From an uncultured delta proteobacterium (GTDB lineage: Bacteria; Myxococcota; Myxococcia; Myxococcales; Myxococcaceae), in assembly GCA_963796055.1 (NCBI GenBank), contig CAWCKH010000004.1, positions 288,001 to 352,000 of the forward strand: a DNA stretch of 64,000 nucleotides. Direction: 5' to 3'. The notes under the pieces were generated by a model that was not told the origin of the DNA, ran no database searches, and saw only the letters and a list, made by a program, of their open reading frames with translations. A program made the position numbers and the translations under genes. Positions 9,473-18,918 of the stretch are shown piece after piece (the first letter of the stretch is position 1; each line of letters opens with the position of its first letter).

Positions 9473-10186
9473 ATGCGTGGCTCGCAAGTCGAGATCGTCC
9501 GTGAGTATGGACCTTTCCCCGGCGTCGACCAGGTGCATGGAGTCACTTACGACGGTCAGAACGTCTGGTTTGCTGCTGGAGACACGCTCAACGCCCTCGA
9601 TCCCGCGAGCGGGAAGGCGCTGCGCTCGATCGATGTCGCCGCGCACGCAGGAACGGCCTTCGATGGCCAGCACCTGTTTCAGCTCGCCGAGGATCGCATC
9701 CAGAAGATCGATCCGAAGACCGGCCGCGTGCTCGGCACGATCCCGGCGCCCGGCGGCGGCGGTGACTCGGGGCTGGCGTGGGCCGAAGGGACGCTCTGGG
9801 TGGGGCAGTATCGGGCCCGGAAGATCCATCAGATCGACCCCGAGACAGGGGCAATTCTTCGCACCATCGAGTCCAACCGCTTCGTCACCGGGGTCACCTG
9901 GGTCGACGGAGAGCTCTGGCACGGCACCTGGGAAGGTGACGTGAGCGATCTGAGACGGGTCGACCCACGAACGGGAGAAGTCCTGGAGGCGCTCGACATG
10001 CCGCCCGGAGTGCACGTTTCGGGGCTCGAGTCCGATGGTGGGGATCGGTTCTTCTGCGGAGGAGAAAGGAGCGGGAAGGTGAGAGCGCTCCGCCGGCCCA
10101 GACGAGGCTCCGCGTCGGGCAGCGGCTCCGGGAGCCCCGTCGACTCGGGTCCGCCGCGCTCCGGTGGGCCCGCGTCGAAAGGCTGA
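9473..10186 (+). CDS. Beta-propeller protein (glutaminyl cyclase / PQQ-binding-like repeats)
   Basis: Repeated blades HGVTYDG..VW, AGTAFDG..LF, SGLAWAEG.LW, TGVTWVDG.LW, each followed by ID/VDP.TG.V. Confidence 0.75.
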   Translation: MRGSQVEIVREYGPFPGVDQVHGVTYDGQNVWFAAGDTLNALDPASGKALRSIDVAAHAGTAFDGQHLFQLAEDRIQKIDPKTGRVLGTIPAPGGGGDSGLAWAEGTLWVGQYRARKIHQIDPETGAILRTIESNRFVTGVTWVDGELWHGTWEGDVSDLRRVDPRTGEVLEALDMPPGVHVSGLESDGGDRFFCGGERSGKVRALRRPRRGSASGSGSGSPVDSGPPRSGGPASKG

Positions 10187-10280
10187 CTGCCTTCGCGCTC
10201 ATCGCTGGCCCGGTCCGCGCGCCGCGACTGGATCGTCCGAGGCGAGAGACGCCGGGCGGCCGCTCCGGGCCGCAGGGGCC

Positions 10281-10296
10281 TGGTACGGAAGTCGCA
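10281..10296 (+). promoter_or_regulatory. Candidate sigma-54 promoter (TGGTACG-N4-TCGCA)
   Basis: GG(10282-83)-N10-GC(10294-95). The ATG at 10309 lies about at the expected +1. Confidence 0.55.
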
Positions 10297-10308
10297 CCAG
10301 CCGGCCCC

Positions 10309-11286
10309 ATGTTCCATCTCTTTCATCTCGGACCACTGGTCGTCGGTGAACGCCGACTGTGGCTCCTCTCCGGGGTCAACGAGGAGGGCGGGTACGTGCA
10401 TCCGGTCCTCGATCGGGACCTCGCGACGGGGCTCGGGGCCCTCGTCACGCGACACGGTGCGCAGAACCTCAGAGTCGAAACGGCGCTGACAGAGGTCGCA
10501 GCGCCGCTCGGGGTCCGTCCGGAGCCCTTGCCGGACCGCGCCCTGGTTCCGCGCGCCGTGCTCGCCTTCGCCTTCTCGAGCTCGCACCGGCTGTTCCGGA
10601 AGCCGAGCGCCGTCGCCTCGCTACTCGAGGCCTGCGCGTTCTTCGAGAAGACGGCGCCGTGGAGGCGTTTCCGGTCGGATGATGCCTTCGCGGTGATGAT
10701 GACCGAGGGGTGGAGGTGCTGGAAACGTGAGTTCGTCGTCCGCGGATCGGGCAACGCGCCCCGTGGACTCGAGCTCCACGAGAAGCCCGGCTTCGTCGCC
10801 TGGGTTCCGAAGGTCGACTCCCTGCTGCTCACCTTCGAGCCGGGGCCACACTGGGCAGCCGAGGCGGTTCGTACGGCATACGGGCTCGGCGAGTTCCCCA
10901 CGGTCATCCGCCTGAAGCCCGGCTCTCGACGCGGTCCCGAGGCCCTGGAGCTGCTCCAGCTCTCCGCTGCTCTCCGCTCGGCGGCGTTACTCGCGGATGA
11001 GCCCGCCATTCCCGAGCACGGTGCGCATGTGGAGCTCTCCGCAGATGGGTACGAGCTCATCGCCATGGCCACGCCGCCCGAACGCCTCTCCGAGGAGACG
11101 GCCAGCCATCCCGAGCCGCGGACTTCGCGCAACGCGCTCTGCCGCTGTGGCTCGGGCCTGAAGTTCGGGCGCGCGGGCCAGGGGCCGGCGCACTGGCTCG
11201 CACACCTGTCGCTCTCTTCGGCCGTAACGGCAGCCGCAACCGAGCGTCGAGCTCGTTTCCTGCGAGGCGACTCCGTCGATGTGTGA
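10309..11286 (+). CDS. Hypothetical protein with a truncated C-terminal SEC-C motif
   Basis: 325-aa ORF. SRNALCRCGSGLKF lacks the final KKCC/CH ligands. Confidence 0.6.
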   Translation: MFHLFHLGPLVVGERRLWLLSGVNEEGGYVHPVLDRDLATGLGALVTRHGAQNLRVETALTEVAAPLGVRPEPLPDRALVPRAVLAFAFSSSHRLFRKPSAVASLLEACAFFEKTAPWRRFRSDDAFAVMMTEGWRCWKREFVVRGSGNAPRGLELHEKPGFVAWVPKVDSLLLTFEPGPHWAAEAVRTAYGLGEFPTVIRLKPGSRRGPEALELLQLSAALRSAALLADEPAIPEHGAHVELSADGYELIAMATPPERLSEETASHPEPRTSRNALCRCGSGLKFGRAGQGPAHWLAHLSLSSAVTAAATERRARFLRGDSVDV

Positions 11287-11421
11287 TGTCGAATCGTACC
11301 GGCCACTTGCCGCGGCATCCGCTCTGCACTCCCGCCCGACGCCCGCCGTGGTGGCGATGGCGAGGAGCGAGCGATGCTGAACGGAAGCCTGTCGGACGAG
11401 ATTCGTGGTTGGAGGTGGGTG

Positions 11422-11553
11422 GTGCACTCCGTTCTGGAGAGCATCCTGATCGTCACCCTTCTCTGCGCCGCCGGACCCCTCACGCTGTTCTTGGTCAGTG
11501 TCGGCGCGGAGGTGCAGCCGCAGAGCCCGGCTGCCGAGACGAGCGTCGGGTGA
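11422..11553 (+). CDS. Putative small membrane protein (43 aa), not in the ORF track
   Basis: GGAGGT SD at 11411-11416, GTG start, VHSVLESILIVTLLCAAGPLTLFLVSVGAEVQPQSPAAETSVG with one hydrophobic stretch. Confidence 0.4.
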   Translation: MHSVLESILIVTLLCAAGPLTLFLVSVGAEVQPQSPAAETSVG

Positions 11554-11669
11554 CGAGCTGCCAGGCTTCTTCGAAGGGGGGTACGCCGTGCCAGGGCATC
11601 ACCCGTATGACCCCATCCGACGCGCCGGACAGAGCAGAGAATTCACGGGTCAAGGCACCCGCTCCTCTC

Positions 11670-11685
11670 TGGCATCGAGCGTGCT
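11670..11685 (+). promoter_or_regulatory. Candidate sigma-54 promoter (TGGCATC-N4-GTGCT)
   Basis: GG(11671-72)-N10-GC(11683-84). ATG at 11699, no SD. Confidence 0.55.
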
Positions 11686-11698
11686 TGCCTCCCCCGGG

Positions 11699-12211
11699 AT
11701 GTCGTGGAAGGCCCTCCTCCCAGCGCTTGCCTCACTCACCTTCGCGGTCGCCTGTGGCCCCCGGAGCGAGGGCGATGATCAGGCACCTCCGCGCGACATC
11801 GCCGAGTGGTGCGCCTTCCAGGGGATCCACCTCGGTGTCGAGCCGGGGGTGATCGCCGGCGGGACCAGCTGCGGGAGGGTGGCCACGATCCTGTCCGAGT
11901 ACCTCCAGGACTACGTGGCGAGCTGGGACGAGGTGCCGGCCCTCGCGGACTGGAAAGTCCGGGTGGTGAGCGAACGCCCCACCCAGGGTGCCGCCACCGG
12001 CAGCTTCTACGCGGGAGAGACCTTCTGGGGCAGCCGGACCATCGACCTCTACCAGGGCTCGCTCAGCGTTCTGCCCCACGAGGTCCGCCACGTCGCGCTG
12101 GGGCCTCCCTCCGCGGACCACCACGGCTGGTGCCCGTTCGGCGACTGGGAGGCCCGCGAAGGGATCCTCGAGGAACACGACTATCTCGGCTGTGCCCCTT
12201 CGAGGAACTGA
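11699..12211 (+). CDS. Putative lipoprotein with HExxH motif (mini-zincin-like)
   Basis: Signal and lipobox MSWKALLPALASLTFAVA-C. Motif VLPHEVRHVALG followed by DHHGW. Confidence 0.6.
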   Translation: MSWKALLPALASLTFAVACGPRSEGDDQAPPRDIAEWCAFQGIHLGVEPGVIAGGTSCGRVATILSEYLQDYVASWDEVPALADWKVRVVSERPTQGAATGSFYAGETFWGSRTIDLYQGSLSVLPHEVRHVALGPPSADHHGWCPFGDWEAREGILEEHDYLGCAPSRN

Positions 12212-12222
12212 GCCGGCGAGCG

Positions 12223-14730
12223 TCAGTGCATCGGCGGCGACGGAGGGAGCGGCGCCTCCGCGGTCCCGGGAGCGTGGGGGCGCTCCGCAGCGAAGACCTC
12301 CCGCAGCACGTCGTCTGCCGAGTCGGCGAGGATGAAGCGGATCTTCTCCTTCACCTCCTTCGGCACGTCCTCCAGGTCCGCCTCGTTCCTTCTCGGGAGG
12401 ATCACCCTCTCGATCCGCGCCCGGTAGGCGGCGAGCACCTTCTCCTTCACCCCCCCGATGGGGAGCACCTTGCCCCGGAGCGTGATCTCCCCCGTCATTG
12501 CGGTGTCATTCCTCACCGGAACCCCACGCGCCACCGACGCCACCGCGGAGAGCATCGCCACCCCGGCGGACGGGCCGTCCTTGGGAACGGCTCCGGCCGG
12601 GACGTGGATGTGCACCTGGTTCTTCTGGAAGACCTCCGGATCCACACCCAGCGCCTGGGCATTGGAGCGAACGAAGGTCACCGCCGCCTGCGCCGACTCG
12701 CGCATGACGTCACCCAGCATCCCCGTCAGGACCGGAGCTCCACCTTGCCCCGGAACCAGCGCCGCCTCCACGAAGAGGATCTCGCCCCCCACCGGCGTCC
12801 AGGCCAGCCCGGTCGCCACCCCGGGACGGTCCACCCGCTCGGCGACCTCGTTGAAGAACCGCGGCCTCCCCAGAAGGGTCGGGATCGTCTCCGCGGTGAC
12901 CCGGATGGGCCCGGGCTCTCCCTCGCCGATCCGGCGCGCCGCCTTGCGCGCCACCGCGGCCAGCTCCCGCTCCAGCTGGCGGACCCCGGCCTCGCGCGTG
13001 TAGTCGCTGATGATCCGCCGCAGCGCTCCGTCGTCGACCTCCAGCTCTCCGTCCCGGAGCCCGTGCGCCTTGATCTGCTTGGGGAGCAGGTACCGGCGCG
13101 CGATGTGGAGCTTCTCGGCCTCGGTGTACCCGGAGAGCGTGACCACCTCCATCCGGTCCAGCAGGGGCGCAGCGATGGTCTCGGTCGTGTTCGCGGTGCA
13201 GATGAACAGGATCTTCGACAGGTCGAACGGCACGCCGAGGTAGGTGTCGACGAAGGAATTGTTCTGTGCCGGATCGAGCACCTCCAGCAGCGCGGCCGCC
13301 GGATTTCCGTGGAAACTCGCTCCCAGCTTGTCCACCTCGTCGAGCATGAACACCGGGTCCATCGTCTCCGCACGGCGGAGCGCCTGGATCAGCCTGCCCG
13401 GCAGGGCGCCGACGTACGTCCGCCGGTGCCCCCGGATCTCCGCCTCGTCGTGCACTCCGCCCAGGCTGATGCGCAGGAACTTCCGGCCCATCGACCGGGC
13501 GATCGACTGACCCAGCGACGTCTTTCCCACGCCGGGCGGGCCGACGAAGCAGAGGATGGGCTCGCGGCGTGCCTCGTCCTCGGGCGTGACAGGCAGTGGC
13601 CCGGCGATCGCCGCATGCTCGGCCTCGCCTTCGCCGGTCAGCGACACCGGCGCGTGCCGCTCCTGTCGGAGCTTCCGCACCGCCAGGTAGTCGAGGATCC
13701 GCTCCTTGATCTTCTCCAGATCGTAGTGGTCCTCGTCGAGGATGGCCCGCGCCCGCGCGATGTCGATGGTGCCGCCGGTCTCCTTCCCCCAGGGCAGGGC
13801 GAGGAGCCAGTCGAGGTAGCCCCGCGCAATCCCGAACTCCGGCGACATGGGCGGGATCTGCTCCAGCCGGGCCAGCTCCCGCTCCGCCTCCCGCCGCGCC
13901 TCGGAGGACAGCGGCGTCTCCTCGATCCGCTTGCGGAGCTCGCCGATCTCCGAGCCCCCCTCCCCTTCCTCGCCCAGCTCGGTCTGGATCGAGCGCAGCT
14001 GCTCGCGCAGCAGGTGCTCGCGCTGCTGCTTCGTCATCCGCTTCTGGGTCCGGGTCGAGACTTCCTGCTCGAGCTTGCGCACGGCGAGCTCGTGCTCGAG
14101 CAGCTCGACCAGTCGGCGAAGCTTGGCCTCCACCGGGTCGAGCTCGAGGATCTCCTGGCGCGCCGGCCGGGGCAGCGTGGCGGTGGAGGCGATCAGGTAC
14201 GCCAGCTGCCTGGGGTCGTTGAGCCCCTCGGCGACCACCAGGACCTGCTCGGGCAGCGCCCGGCCCAGCTCTCCGATCTCCCGGAAGAGCACGCGGAGGC
14301 GCCGGACGAGCGCCTCGGTCTCCACCCCGCTGCTGGGCTGATCGGGCACCCGCTCGGTCTCGGCGATGAAGTAGGGCTCGGTCTGGGGGAAGCGCTTGAT
14401 CCGGAGGCGCTCCAGCCCCTGGAGCACGATCAGGATCGGTCCGTCGGGCGCGCGCTGGAACTGGCCGATCGCCGTCGCGCACCCCATCGAGTACACATCC
14501 CCCGGTGTGAGAGGGGTGGCTGCCCCTTCCCGCTGCGCCACCGCGCAGAGGAACCGATGGGTGCGCATCGCGTCCTCGACTGCACGGATCGCCCGTTCGT
14601 CCTGGATGACGACCGGGGCCACCGACATCGGGTACATCACCCCTTCGCGCAGCGGGAGCAGGGGAAGAATCGGAGGGATCTCGATCTCCGACGGCGCACC
14701 TTCCGGGCGTTCCGCGGTGTCGGGACTCAT
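12223..14730 (-). CDS. lon: ATP-dependent Lon protease
   Basis: N-domain LPLLPLR, Walker A GPPGVGKT, Walker B MLDEVDK, catalytic PKDGPSAG and GGVKEK. ATGA overlap with the Hsp20 stop. Confidence 0.97.
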   Translation of the reverse strand: MSPDTAERPEGAPSEIEIPPILPLLPLREGVMYPMSVAPVVIQDERAIRAVEDAMRTHRFLCAVAQREGAATPLTPGDVYSMGCATAIGQFQRAPDGPILIVLQGLERLRIKRFPQTEPYFIAETERVPDQPSSGVETEALVRRLRVLFREIGELGRALPEQVLVVAEGLNDPRQLAYLIASTATLPRPARQEILELDPVEAKLRRLVELLEHELAVRKLEQEVSTRTQKRMTKQQREHLLREQLRSIQTELGEEGEGGSEIGELRKRIEETPLSSEARREAERELARLEQIPPMSPEFGIARGYLDWLLALPWGKETGGTIDIARARAILDEDHYDLEKIKERILDYLAVRKLRQERHAPVSLTGEGEAEHAAIAGPLPVTPEDEARREPILCFVGPPGVGKTSLGQSIARSMGRKFLRISLGGVHDEAEIRGHRRTYVGALPGRLIQALRRAETMDPVFMLDEVDKLGASFHGNPAAALLEVLDPAQNNSFVDTYLGVPFDLSKILFICTANTTETIAAPLLDRMEVVTLSGYTEAEKLHIARRYLLPKQIKAHGLRDGELEVDDGALRRIISDYTREAGVRQLERELAAVARKAARRIGEGEPGPIRVTAETIPTLLGRPRFFNEVAERVDRPGVATGLAWTPVGGEILFVEAALVPGQGGAPVLTGMLGDVMRESAQAAVTFVRSNAQALGVDPEVFQKNQVHIHVPAGAVPKDGPSAGVAMLSAVASVARGVPVRNDTAMTGEITLRGKVLPIGGVKEKVLAAYRARIERVILPRRNEADLEDVPKEVKEKIRFILADSADDVLREVFAAERPHAPGTAEAPLPPSPPMH

Positions 14731-15191
14731 CGCCGGCTCTCCTTCGTCTTCGGCAGACGGATCCGGAGGATTCCGTCCTGGTACTGCACGACGACGCGGT
14801 CCACATCGATGGACCCGGGGCCGTGGGGAATGTGCGCCGCGGCGTGGAACCGGCCGTGCCGGATCTCGGCCCGGTGCATTCGCGCCCCGTCGCCGGGCAC
14901 TCGCCACGGCCGCTCGCCTTGCACGATCAGGTGTTCGGGGTACAGCACGACCTCGAACTCGTCCTCGCGGAGACCGGCGATCTCCAGGGTGACGACGAAC
15001 TCCGAGGTGGTCTCGACCACGTCGGTCGGCGGGCTCCACTCCGGGCGGGTCACGATCCCCGGGAGCCACCCGAAGAGGCCGATTCCCGCCGGCAGCCCCG
15101 ACGACACCACGCGCTCGTAGTGGATGTGCAACCGACGAAGGCGCGCCAAGGGAACCTCTGAGCTTCTCGATCCAGACCTCACCGACCGCAT
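14727..15191 (-). CDS. Hsp20/alpha-crystallin small heat-shock protein
   Basis: WSPPTDVVET..FVVTLEIAG, EIRHGRF, YQDGILRIRLPK. Start uncertain. Confidence 0.85.
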   Translation of the reverse strand: MRSVRSGSRSSEVPLARLRRLHIHYERVVSSGLPAGIGLFGWLPGIVTRPEWSPPTDVVETTSEFVVTLEIAGLREDEFEVVLYPEHLIVQGERPWRVPGDGARMHRAEIRHGRFHAAAHIPHGPGSIDVDRVVVQYQDGILRIRLPKTKESRR

Positions 15192-15263
15192 AGTCCGGCG
15201 GCCGACTCTCCCGCCATGCCTCGACGACCGGTCAGCGCCGACCGTCGCCAGCAGAACAGACTC

Positions 15264-16997
15264 CTACCGGTCCAGCCCGAAGAAGCTCCGGAGGATCTTC
15301 ACCGGCACCGTCCCGTGGCCGATGAGCTCCTCGTTGAACGCCCGCTGATCGAACCGACCACGGGCCTTGACGTCGCGCTCCAGCGCCTCGACCTCGCTCA
15401 GCCCCAGGAAGTACTGACAGAGCTGGGTCGAGTCGAGCTTCGCGCGCAGCAGCTTCTTCTCCGCCAGCGTCTTCTCCTGGAATCCCTCCTCCTCCATGAA
15501 GCGCAGCGCCTCCTCGTCGGTCATCTCTCCACGCTGGAGCTTGATGTCGAGGATGGCGTTCGCGGCGACGACCATGCCGCTCCGGGCCTCTCTCAATGCG
15601 TAGCGGGCATTCTCCTTCCCACCGAGCCCTTCCTTGATCAGCAGCCGCTCCCCGTACACCGCCCACCCCTCCGCGAAGGCGCCGCTCCAGAGCGTGCTCC
15701 GGAGCGGGCTGGGATGCTGGCGCGCGTACCATGTCTGGGTGTGGTGGCCCGGGTAGGCCTCGTGGGCGGAGGTCATGGTGATCGCGTAGTAGTCGTTGGC
15801 GCGGAGGTAGCTCTCCACCTTCTCCGGCGGCCAGGAGGGATCCACCGGGTCCACGTAGAAGGTGCCGTCCCAGGCGCTGGAGGTATCCAGCATGCCGGGG
15901 GCGAGGTACTCGGCGCCGACCCCGCCCCGCTTGTATTCGGGCTCGGGCTCCACCCGGAGCGTCTCCGGCGGAGGCAGGGTGAGCAGGTTCTTCTCGGCGA
16001 TGAACGCGCGCAGGCTGTCGAGCTTGTCCGCGTGCGCCTGGACGAGCTTGTCGGCCGGTGGGTGGTTCTTGCTGATCTCCTCGAGCACGCGGCGGATCAC
16101 CTGCCCCTGGACTGCGCCGGGCGCGTTCTCCGCAGGCGGCGACTCCTTGGGCCAGAGCTCCCTGGAGAGGGTCCGGGCGATGGCATAGAGGTTTCCCCGC
16201 TCGAGCTCGAAGGACTTCTCGGCCGCGTTGAGGAGCTGCTCGGGAGTCATGTCCGTCTGCAGCGCGAGGGGGAACTTCTTTCCGTAGAGCGCCTTGCCGA
16301 GGCGCCAGTCGTGCGCCGCCTTCGCCGCCTGGAAAGTGGAGAGAAAGCGCTGATAGGACTCCAGCGCCTTGACCGCCGCGAGACGCGTCTTCTCCGCATC
16401 GGGATGCTTCGCGGTGAAGGCCTTCAGCTCGGTGTCGAAGAAGGAGATCCGGCCGGCGTTGTCCTTCACCGCCTGCTGGAGCCGGACTGGCTCGGGGGCG
16501 ACCAGCGACGCTTGTTTCACCGCGAGGTGATGGGGGAGCGCCGCGAGCTCCGCGGCCAGCCATCTGGCGCGCTGGTCCTCGGAGGCGAACGTTCCGTGGA
16601 TGAGCTCGCCCAGCCGGGAGGCGACGTACTCCCGTGGGTCGTAGAACGGGAAGGAGTCCTCGAGGCGCGGGTCCCACGTCCATTCGCGGAGATCCTCGAG
16701 GTAGAAGAGCTCGAGCGCGATCCCGTCCGAGAGGATGCGGGCATCCGCCCGATCGTCCGGGGACAGCTTCGCGAGATCGAGTGCCTTGACCTCCCTGGCG
16801 AGCGCGTGGAGCTCCTTGGTCCGCCGCTGGATGGCCGGGGGATCGATCTCCATGACCCGGCCGTCCTCACGGTGCACCCCCATGTACGTGGCCAGGTGGG
16901 GACGCGCCCGGAACAGGCCATCCAGGTAGCGGGTGCTCAGGGCCTGGACGGATGGGGTGGCGGCGAGGACGGCGGCCAGAATCGGCAGGGCAGACAT
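15264..16997 (-). CDS. DUF885 family secreted putative metallopeptidase
   Basis: Signal peptide MSALPILAAVLAA, HEAYPGHHTQ, FAEGWAVYGE, QLCQYFLG. Confidence 0.88.
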   Translation of the reverse strand: MSALPILAAVLAATPSVQALSTRYLDGLFRARPHLATYMGVHREDGRVMEIDPPAIQRRTKELHALAREVKALDLAKLSPDDRADARILSDGIALELFYLEDLREWTWDPRLEDSFPFYDPREYVASRLGELIHGTFASEDQRARWLAAELAALPHHLAVKQASLVAPEPVRLQQAVKDNAGRISFFDTELKAFTAKHPDAEKTRLAAVKALESYQRFLSTFQAAKAAHDWRLGKALYGKKFPLALQTDMTPEQLLNAAEKSFELERGNLYAIARTLSRELWPKESPPAENAPGAVQGQVIRRVLEEISKNHPPADKLVQAHADKLDSLRAFIAEKNLLTLPPPETLRVEPEPEYKRGGVGAEYLAPGMLDTSSAWDGTFYVDPVDPSWPPEKVESYLRANDYYAITMTSAHEAYPGHHTQTWYARQHPSPLRSTLWSGAFAEGWAVYGERLLIKEGLGGKENARYALREARSGMVVAANAILDIKLQRGEMTDEEALRFMEEEGFQEKTLAEKKLLRAKLDSTQLCQYFLGLSEVEALERDVKARGRFDQRAFNEELIGHGTVPVKILRSFFGLDR

Positions 16998-17082
16998 GGC
17001 GCGGAACGCTAGCAACGCAACCGCTCGCAGAATCAGCCCTTTCCGGGAATGGCTACCCTGGGCGAAGAAGGGGATCCAGGCG

Positions 17083-17109
17083 TGTCGATCCGGGCCGACC
17101 CCGTTCGTC
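17083..17109 (+). promoter_or_regulatory. ECF42-type promoter (TGTCGA-N17-CGTC)
   Basis: TGTCGA at 17083-88 and CGTC at 17106-09, upstream of the DGPF-ECF42 operon. Matches the established ECF42 consensus. Confidence 0.75.
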
Positions 17110-17180
17110 GCCATCTCAGAAGCAGGCGACCCGGCCGGTCCAGGTCGGCTCGGCCTCGCGACACCGAAAGGAGCACGACG

Positions 17181-17615
17181 ATGCGAGTCATGGTGATGGT
17201 CAAGGCGACGAAGAACTCCGAGGCTGGCGCTCTGCCGAGCGAGAAGGACTTCGCCGAGATGGGCAAGTTCAACGAGGAGCTGGTCAAGGCCGGGATCTTG
17301 CTGGCCGCCGACGGCCTCCACCCCAGCAGCAAGGGCAAGCGCGTGCGCTTCTCGGGCGGGAAGAAGACCGTCATCGACGGCCCATTCACCGAGACCAAGG
17401 AGCTCGTGGCCGGCTACTGGGTGTGGCAGGTCAAGTCGATGGACGAGGCGCTGGAGTGGGTGCGGCGCTGCCCCGATCCGATGCCCGGGGAGGAATCGGA
17501 GATCGAGATCCGGCCCGTCTTCGAGGCGGAGGACTTTGGTAAGGAGTTCACGCCAGAGCTCCGCGCGCAGGAAGAGCGCCTGCGTGCCGAGATCGAGCGG
17601 AAGCAGAAGAAGTGA
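17181..17615 (+). CDS. YciI/DGPF-family protein
   Basis: SD AAGGAG. MRVMVMVKAT, IDGPFTETKELVAGYW, EIEIRPVFE. Confidence 0.9.
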   Translation: MRVMVMVKATKNSEAGALPSEKDFAEMGKFNEELVKAGILLAADGLHPSSKGKRVRFSGGKKTVIDGPFTETKELVAGYWVWQVKSMDEALEWVRRCPDPMPGEESEIEIRPVFEAEDFGKEFTPELRAQEERLRAEIERKQKK

Positions 17616-17634
17616 GACGGAACGGGCTTGGCTG

Positions 17635-18918
17635 ATGAGCGGGGCTGCCACGCGCATGGCCATCGAGACGGTCTGGCGAATCGAGTCCGCCCGGCTGATC
17701 GGTGGTCTCGTGCGCGTGGTTCACGACGTCGGCCTCGCCGAGGACCTCGCGCAGGAAGCGCTGGTCACCGCCCTCGAGCGCTGGCCAGAGACAGGGATCC
17801 CCGAGAACCCCGGCGCCTGGCTCATGGCGACGGCGAGAAACCGGGGGATCGACCAGCTCCGCCGGAAACAGATGCTGGAGCGCGAGCACGCGGCGCTCGA
17901 GAGCGAGATCGGCAGCCGGCCCCCCCGCCCGCCCGATCTCGAAGCCGCGATCGACGAGGACGTCGGCGATGACGTCCTGCGGCTGATGCTCATCGCCTGC
18001 CACCCGGTCCTGTCGACCGAGGCACGGGTGGCGCTCACCCTGCGCCTCCTCGGGGGACTCACCACCGAGGAGATCGCGCGGGCCTTCCTGGTTCCGGAGC
18101 CGACGATCGCCCAGCGGATCGTCCGGGCCAAGCGAACGCTCGCCGAGGCGAAGGTCCCCTTCGAGGTCCCACGAGGCGACGACCTCTCCGGCCGCCTCTC
18201 CTCGGTCCTCGAGGCCATCTACCTGATCTTCAACGAGGGATATGCCGCTACGCGGGGGGACGACTGGACGCGCAGGGAGCTGTGTGAGGACGCGCTCCGC
18301 CTCGGCCGGATCCTCGCCGGGCTCGCCCCTGGGAATGCCGAGGTGCACGGGCTGGTGGCCTTGATGGAGCTCCAGGCCTCCCGGCTGCACGCGCGCATCG
18401 GGCCGGGCGGAGAGCCCATCCTTCTCCTCGATCAGGACCGATCTCGCTGGGACCAGCTCCTCATCCACCGCGGTCTGGCCGCCCTGGAGCGCGCCGAGGC
18501 GCTCGCGCGGCCGCTCGGCCCGTACACGCTCCAGGCCGCGATTGCCTCCTGTCACGCCAGAGCCCGGACGGCGGAGGCAACCGACTGGAAGAAGATCGTC
18601 GCCCTGTACGACGGGCTGGTCGAGATCACGCAGTCCCCGGTGGTCGAGCTCAATCGCGCGGTGGCGGTGTCGATGGTGTTCGGGCCTGCCCAGGGACTGG
18701 AGCTCGTCGACGCCCTGGTCGATGAGCCGGCCCTCCGCGGGTATCACCTCCTGCCGAGCGTCCGCGGGGACCTGCTGGAGAAGCTCGGGCGCATCGATGA
18801 AGCGCGTGCCGAGTTCGAGCGCGCGGCCTCCCTGGCGCAGAATTCACGGGAGCGAGAGCTCCTTCTCGACCGGGCACAGGCTTGCACGCGGAAGAGCCAC
18901 CGGAAATCGCTCTCGTGA
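17635..18918 (+). CDS. ECF sigma factor with TPR-like C-terminal extension (ECF42)
   Basis: DVGLAEDLAQEA, LRLMLIACHP, IAQRIVRAK, YLIFNEGY, DQDRSRWD, PVVELNRAVA. Adjacent to a DGPF gene. Confidence 0.9.
   Translation: MSGAATRMAIETVWRIESARLIGGLVRVVHDVGLAEDLAQEALVTALERWPETGIPENPGAWLMATARNRGIDQLRRKQMLEREHAALESEIGSRPPRPPDLEAAIDEDVGDDVLRLMLIACHPVLSTEARVALTLRLLGGLTTEEIARAFLVPEPTIAQRIVRAKRTLAEAKVPFEVPRGDDLSGRLSSVLEAIYLIFNEGYAATRGDDWTRRELCEDALRLGRILAGLAPGNAEVHGLVALMELQASRLHARIGPGGEPILLLDQDRSRWDQLLIHRGLAALERAEALARPLGPYTLQAAIASCHARARTAEATDWKKIVALYDGLVEITQSPVVELNRAVAVSMVFGPAQGLELVDALVDEPALRGYHLLPSVRGDLLEKLGRIDEARAEFERAASLAQNSRERELLLDRAQACTRKSHRKSLS

Noticed and set aside
11806..15120. 1104-aa plus-strand ORF, and similar long ORFs at 24667-26928, 31516-34098, 46199-48586 and 61226-63181
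   Set aside because: Antisense shadows of clear genes (lon, IorB-like, nirB, APH/AAA, DUF885). Expected in high-GC DNA, with no domain motifs of their own.
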